Positions 57,096 to 64,000 of a stretch of DNA of 64,000 bases are shown here, piece after piece (the first letter of the stretch is position 1; each line of letters begins with the position of its first letter). The stretch comes from Octopus vulgaris (taxonomy: Eukaryota). Location: the NCBI GenBank assembly GCA_951406725.2, contig OX597822.1:30132001-30196000 (forward strand), written 5' to 3'. Both the position numbers and the translations under genes were made by a program. Below the pieces are notes generated by a model. It was not told the DNA's origin. It saw only the letters and a program-made list of their open reading frames with translations, and searched no databases.

Positions 57096-58320
57096 CTCTA
57101 TCATATATATCATTCTTGTTCGATGTCGATTGTTACTCTAAGTTTCTCTCCTGTTGTTCTTGATTTTGTTATTCAGTGAAGTTAAACCATGAATTACACA
57201 CACAAGAACACACACGTAAGAAAGAAAAAAAAACTATCGTCAACTATAACAGAAGAGATAAAAGACCCCGTTGTTGTACGGTGTGGTTTTGATATTTCAT
57301 ACATGGACGGAAACTTTGATAAAATTCAATCTGCGTGATAAAATGTACTTTTGTGCTTGAAACTACCTTTTATTGGGTTGTTATTTATTTGGACTATTCA
57401 TTCAGAATTATATTCATATCTCCTAACTTCCGTTGAACAAAAAAAAAAAAAAAAGAAAAAATCGAAAATAAAATAAAAAAAACACAGCATTCACAGAATT
57501 ATTAACAGAATTATGATATTTCAGATTAATTTTGATCTCTCACCTTATTGGGTCGTGTCCAATAATGTTCACTAATTAAGCTAGAATTATTGGTGCACTC
57601 GTTGTTGCTCTATTGGAAACATGTAGCTGGTCTGGTTTGATCCCTTTATATTTTCTGATACTTCCTACCTCATTTTTCTATCTAGAAAATATCAAACGTT
57701 CCTGGACAGAATATTTTGTACTGTACTTTTCTTTATATTAGTTTTTTTATATACACATTTTGGTTAAAATCTATAGGTATACTTTCTGGCCGAGTATAAT
57801 ACTGAAACAAAACACTGTTAACGATCTAGTCCTATTTTCGTCGAACACCAAAGGTGTGCTTTATCGTGTGCAGATCGGTCTCTTCGATTTACTCAAATTC
57901 TTCGTGGGATTATAAAGTTTGTTACTGTGAGTAATAAATGATGGCGCAATCTTTGATGAATTCTAAACACACGACTAAAATTAATTCGATAGGTCACACA
58001 TTTTTGTGCACGAACCTATCTGATGGGAGGGTGTTTATATCAATCTCTTACACACGATGATAGTTTAAAATGTCTAGATATAGCTTCTAGTACAGTTTAG
58101 CATAACGCGTCGGTAATTGCTCTGTCGAGCTAGCTGACAGGAAAGCGTTATTATATGCAAATCGGTTTATCCTGGTTACTTATTCACTTATTTATAGCGG
58201 ATAATTTGTAAGTAATGGCTTTGAGGACGTTCATGAAATCAAAACGCACGATTGAAACGAAGCCGGCTGTCTTTATCTGATCTTGATTATACAGTATATG
58301 AAGAGAAAATGTTTATATTT

Positions 58321-58476
58321 CATTATTTACATTATTTACATTTGAAGGATATTTGTATTCATCTTGTTTGTCGTTAACACAACATTTCCGCTGATATACC
58401 CTCCAGCCTTCATCAGGTGTCTTGCGGAAATTTCGAACATGGGTTCTTATTCCTAAGGTATTTTTCGATGTTGTTG

Positions 58477-58548
<72 letters not shown>

Positions 58549-58634
58549 TCATTGCTTGGAATCGAATTCGGAATCTTGGGGTTAGTTGCCCGCGCTCTTA
58601 ACCCCAAGATTCGGAGTTCGATTCCAGGCAGTAA

Positions 58635-58703
<69 letters not shown>

Positions 58704-58890
58704 CGACATCGAAAAATACCTTAGGAATGAGAACCCATGTTCGAAATTTCCGCAAGACACCTGATGAAGGCTGGAGGGTATATCAGCGGAAATGTTGTGT
58801 TAACGACAAACAAGATGAATACAAATATCCTTCAAATGTAAATAATGTAAATAATGTACATAATTCCTCATCTCTTAAATATAGAACTGT
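58321..58890. mobile_element. Head-to-head inverted duplication of a tRNA-headed, hammerhead-containing element
   Basis: Arms 58321-58584 and 58599-58856. Each reads: tRNA-like T-arm (ggagttcgattcc), (AAT)n, then gacac-CTGATGA-a-ggctg..cagcg-GAAATGTT-gtgtt. Confidence 0.85.
58756..58801 (+). ncRNA. Minimal type I hammerhead ribozyme motif (mirror copy at 58376-58421, minus strand)
   Basis: Stem I gacac/gtgtt, core CTGATGA (58761-58767) and GAAA, stem II gctg/cagc. This copy has a G.G mismatch closing stem II and ATGT instead of ACGT in stem III. Confidence 0.7.
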
Positions 58891-59696
58891 ATGTTTATAT
58901 TTGTCTATTGCATATGTTAAATATGGTCCACACACACACACACATTCACTCTGATACCATGTAGTGTTCATATCTAAAATTTAAATTTGTATTATTTTTT
59001 ACACCTAAATAAGTATTTTCTACAGCTCACGGCAAACTATTTGCGAGCCGCAACAGTGGGGTGTGATCTGAGAGACATATGACTGTTATTTCTAGGATGT
59101 ATTCGTCTCATTGGCTTGTCAGTTTATCAATAACATCTGGCGATCAGGCAGACATGTGAACCTACTTCAAATGTAATAGTTTAAATAGGAAATCGAACTA
59201 TTGGTAGACAGCATTGTTGTGCTTGTCTAACACACTGACATAACTATTACCACACTGCAACATCTACACACACACATACACACACACACACACACACGTG
59301 TGTGTGTGTATATATATATATAAGTTTCTATATGTATATATATTACTTTGATTTTCTTCCTCTCTTTTCTTTCTTCCTTCCTTTGTTTCTTTCTTTCTCT
59401 CTTTCTTTGCTCGCTTCTCTCTATCGGTTTCTCTGTCCGTATATATGCTTGCATATTTGCTTACGTTTTCAGTTATTTCAGTCATCAGACTGTGGCCATG
59501 CTGGGGCAGTGCCTAGGAGGATTTTAGTTACTTATATCAAACCTAAAGTATTTTGTTTTTTTTATTTGAAACCTGGGTACTGAATTTAAAACAAACAAGC
59601 TACTGGACAAAATCTATATACACCATTTTCTGAGCAGAGTCAGCGTAACGACAGCCGTAAAGACACACTCATTCACTCACATATACACTCACACAG

Positions 59697-59734
<38 letters not shown>

Positions 59735-59775
59735 GCACACACTCACACGCAAACACAAGTACGCACACACATATA

Positions 59776-60009
59776 AGGGAGTGGAGTGCTTGAAAAATTC
59801 CTGGATTTTAGAAATACCAAAAAAAAAAAAAAGTACATGAGGATCAGTTAATTATGATTTTATGTAGCATATTCCCCTCTCAGATTCATACACTTATTCC
59901 AGTAGTCCTTCAGTTTTCCTAAGCCCTGTAACAGAACTTGGAAGGTTGGGCCTCCAAAGAGGCCTTTCGAGATACACTTAAAACCGCGAACTTTTAAGCA
60001 CTCCTTCGT
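59776..60009. mobile_element. Mariner-derived MITE
   Basis: Ends ggagtgcttgaaaaattcctgg / ccgcgaacttttaagcactcc are inverted. Internal sequence resembles the mariner C-terminus on the minus strand. Confidence 0.65.
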
Positions 60010-60456
60010 CTATGTATGTGTGCATATACAATGAGCTTTAATCACAGTTTCCATCTACCAATTTCAATCACAAAGCATTGGTCAGGCCGAAGATATAGTA
60101 CAAAGCATTTAACTCAAGTTGCTACATAGTGGGACCGAACCCCAAATTACATGGTTACGCGGCGAACCTCTTAACCTCACGACCATCAGTAGCGTAGCTG
60201 GTGGGTGTGACGAGGTGGTGTGAATGGCGGCAAACTCTCACTCCGTCAGTGGTGACCGTGTCTCAGTCTATCACGTTTTTTTTTCCATTCCGTCTATAAC
60301 AAGACGGTGTATATGTATCTTCATGGAGATGTGTGTAGTTGCATATACATATACTCGATTGTGCGTTTATGAAAATGAGTGTGTGAGTGTCTATACGTCA
60401 ATATTACTCTAATATCAACCAGTCACTCACACAATTGTTATTACAGGTCAATTATG

Positions 60457-60496
<40 letters not shown>

Positions 60497-60519
60497 TAAC
60501 AATAATAATAATAATAATG

Positions 60520-60623
<104 letters not shown>

Positions 60624-60982
60624 CAATTCTATTCTTATTGTTGTTATTATTTCACAATCCTATTTTTTTTACCGCTATTTAATAAAAGCTAATAAATAGC
60701 AAAATAACAGCGTGTGTGTGTGTTTGTGTATGCATATATATAATTATATACATATATTTATATGCGCGTTTGTATGGGCATGTGTGAGTATGTATGTGTG
60801 TGTGTGTGTGGCTGAATGTGTGTACGTGTATGTATGTGTAAACTAATACACAACAAAAAAAATCCACAGAAATATATAGAAAAGATGGTATTCAGGTTGT
60901 ATAGACAGTGTATGTGCGTGAGTGTGCGTGTGTTTATATATATATGTACGTGTATGCATGCATGTAGATATATATGTATATG

Positions 60983-61087
<105 letters not shown>

Positions 61088-62397
61088 GCACATATATTTA
61101 GTAATGGCGGGGCTTGATTAAGCGTTTCTATAGCAACTATGTGTCAATAAACTTTATATTGAATAATGAGTAGGAAGAAAGGGAAGAAGAGAAGAGCGTG
61201 TGAAGGAAAGTATTGGTGATTATTTATAAGGTGTGTATACTGTGTATATGGCGGCATAATAATAACAAGGTAACATATTTATATTGATTTCTCTCTTGGT
61301 TCGCTTAGAAGGTAAACTTTTGCAGAGCGGGGTTATATAAAGAACTGAATAAGCCGAAATGCATCGTGGCTTATCAAAATGGCTGAGGTATGTGAGATTT
61401 GGCGGGAAGATTTAGTAAGGATATAGTAGAGAGATAGAGACAAGGAGAGAAGGAAGAGGGAGAAAGTAAACAAGAAAGGGGAAATACAGGGGAGAGTAAT
61501 ACTATGCAAACAAAAATAAATAAATGGAGACAGATCGAGGTTGTTTGGGAAAAGAAATTTTAAGTTCAAGTAAATTAAAGTATTGTAACTATTTCTAAGG
61601 AATTCTACCTTGTGGAAATGTTTTATAGTGACCAATGGTTTTAGAGCTAGTTGTAAACTACTTCGCCACATGTTTGCCGTTGTAATCATTTCAGGAGTAG
61701 ACATTATTTCCGAGCTGTTATAAATTTTGAAAATATTAAAGTAAAAATGAATAGATTAAGTAAAATAATATAAAATAAAATAAAAAAAAAAACATAAAAA
61801 TAAGGCCGTGCCTCAGTATGGCCTTTTAGCAAAGACGGTTCACACGAATGAAAGCATTAAAGAACAAGTCCTGTAAAGGCAATAGCAAACAACAACAACA
61901 TTGACAACAAAACCACAACAGGAAGCTTTAAAATACCACATCTGATGACAAAGTATCACTAAATGTCACACTGTATCACACAGTATCACAACATCCACAC
62001 ACTATCAATACATAGCATTTAAGTATTACAGAATCCCCAGAACGTACTACAACGGAGTACTCAATCTCACAACGTACCACGTATTATCACAGTTTAGAGT
62101 ACATTATAAGTACGAACCAGAGATACGATGTCAACGTACCACACAGAAGCGCCAAGTACAACAAAATGTAGACGCTAGTTCTACTCTAAAAGACCTGTTC
62201 TGGAGACACGGAATCACCAAATTCATAACAGTGACCTTACCAGAGAACCTTGTACGCAAGTGCTCCACTAACAAACCTTTATTTTTCGAATACTTTTCAA
62301 TTCCCCCATTGCTACGATTCAACAAAATTAAATACAACACATGTAAATACTCACATATACATATATAACAGGCACACACATACACACACACATACGT

Positions 62398-62450
<53 letters not shown>

Positions 62451-62843
62451 TAGTTACGTATGTAGAAGCAATTATGGGGATAACCAAATTAGTCACATCA
62501 AATATATTAAATATATTAAGTACATCAAATACAAAATATGTATATATGTATTCAAGCAAAGCGAGATAAAGCAAAAGTTGGAAACTTTCAGATGATGAAT
62601 TTATTTGTATAAATATATAGATATTTATATAAATAGGTCCAACTTACATAGAGTACAAGCGACATGCATCTCTGAGCATCCAGAAACAGCTGTCGGACTT
62701 ATAATACTTTTCTTCCACCACTTTTATTTTCTCTGTCGTTTGTACTCTGTGTAAGATTGACTTATTAATATAAATATCTATGTATTTATACATAGCAAAT
62801 TTGTCATCTGAATTTTTCTACCCTTTCCCTTCTCTCGTTTTAA

Positions 62844-62875
<32 letters not shown>

Positions 62876-63576
62876 TTGTATTTGATGTATTATATATATA
62901 TTTAATATATATACACTCAAATATATTTGAGTGTATATGCTTCCACACAGACAGACACACACACACACACACAAGCACAAACACATATATGTATATGCAT
63001 TCTCCACTCAGAATGTTACCTAATACTACAAGTGCAGTGGATGCCTTTAATGCATGTATGGAAATTCCTAGAAATTTTGACAATGTTTTCAATTATATCA
63101 TTGTTCTTTTTTCATAGGCAGTATATATATTCAGTTTGTTTATTGACTTACTCACATTTCGGAGTCTTTTATTATTGCTGAACTTGTCGTGATTGTAATT
63201 GAAGTTAATACGTATTTCATCACCATATTAGATTACACTTGCATTTTTGTCACCAGAGTCCATATAAATCTCCACCAATCTTGATGGGCTCTACCACTCA
63301 CCTTGAGAAGCCATGGACTACATTGCCACTGTAAAGGCTAGAAATACCAAGCACCTACTCTTCTTATATAGTAACTCAAAGAGCTTAAATAAAGAAGTAA
63401 GCACTCTAGCTTGATCAGGTTGACCTGGGATTAAGCAACAACAATTATAACAACGAAGTGGAACTATGACACAATTATATACCACCGTAACAAAACACCA
63501 GGTGTGCCCAACTTGCACTGAGAGATAAGAAAGAAATATGTTCGAAAATATAAACAGTGACTTTGAAGGAGTGTTT

Positions 63577-63608
<32 letters not shown>

Positions 63609-63759
63609 TGTATGTATGTATGTATGTATGTATGTATGTATGTATGCATGCATGCATGCTTGTATGTATGTATGTATGTATGTATGTATGCATGTATGTA
63701 TGTATACACAATGCATACACACACATATATACATATATGTATGCATACATATGTATATG

Positions 63760-63814
<55 letters not shown>

Positions 63815-63816
<2 letters not shown>

Positions 63817-64000
63817 TCCTTTTATTTCTTTTACTAGTTTCAGTCATTTGACTGCGGCCATGCTGGAGCACCGCCTTTAGTCGAATAAATGACCCCATAC
63901 TTATTCTTTTGTAAGCCTAGTACTTATTCTATCGGTCTCTTTTGCCAAGGCACTATGTTACAGGGACGTAAACACGCCAACATCGTTTGTCAAGCGATGG
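63815..64000 (-). mobile_element. SINE family A, 3' half (runs off the window)
   Basis: Reverse complement of the family A tail. Confidence 0.85.

Noticed and set aside
58413-58764. Mirror-image 115-aa ORFs on both strands
   Set aside because: A by-product of the palindrome and (AAT)n tracts.

Overview
Eukaryotic, AT-rich, almost entirely non-coding DNA full of microsatellites ((TA)n, (CA)n, (TATG)n, (TATC)n, (AAT)n) and interspersed repeats. The tRNA-derived SINE and microsatellite landscape strongly suggests an octopus genome (inference). Nearly all ORFs in the supplied track are translations of microsatellites or SINEs. Recognisable content: dozens of copies of at least four tRNA-headed SINE families with shuffled heads and tails; decayed LINE fragments (R4/Dong-type RLE, CR1/L2-group); Penelope-like (PLE) fragments; DNA-transposon fossils (Merlin, maT/DD37D, mariner, Tc1, MITEs); and one candidate 3'-terminal host exon (247-554). 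The most notable signal is a set of unrelated short elements carrying minimal hammerhead-ribozyme motifs, mostly arranged as inverted repeats or palindromes. One of them (58.3-58.9 kb) fuses a tRNA/Pol III head to a hammerhead tail. Also notable: a twice-present, hairpin-rich RTE-like non-autonomous element flanked by (TATG)n, and a LINE 3' end that shares a conserved stem-loop with the dominant SINE. No CRISPR, rRNA or intact tRNA genes were seen. All calls are by eye, without database searches.
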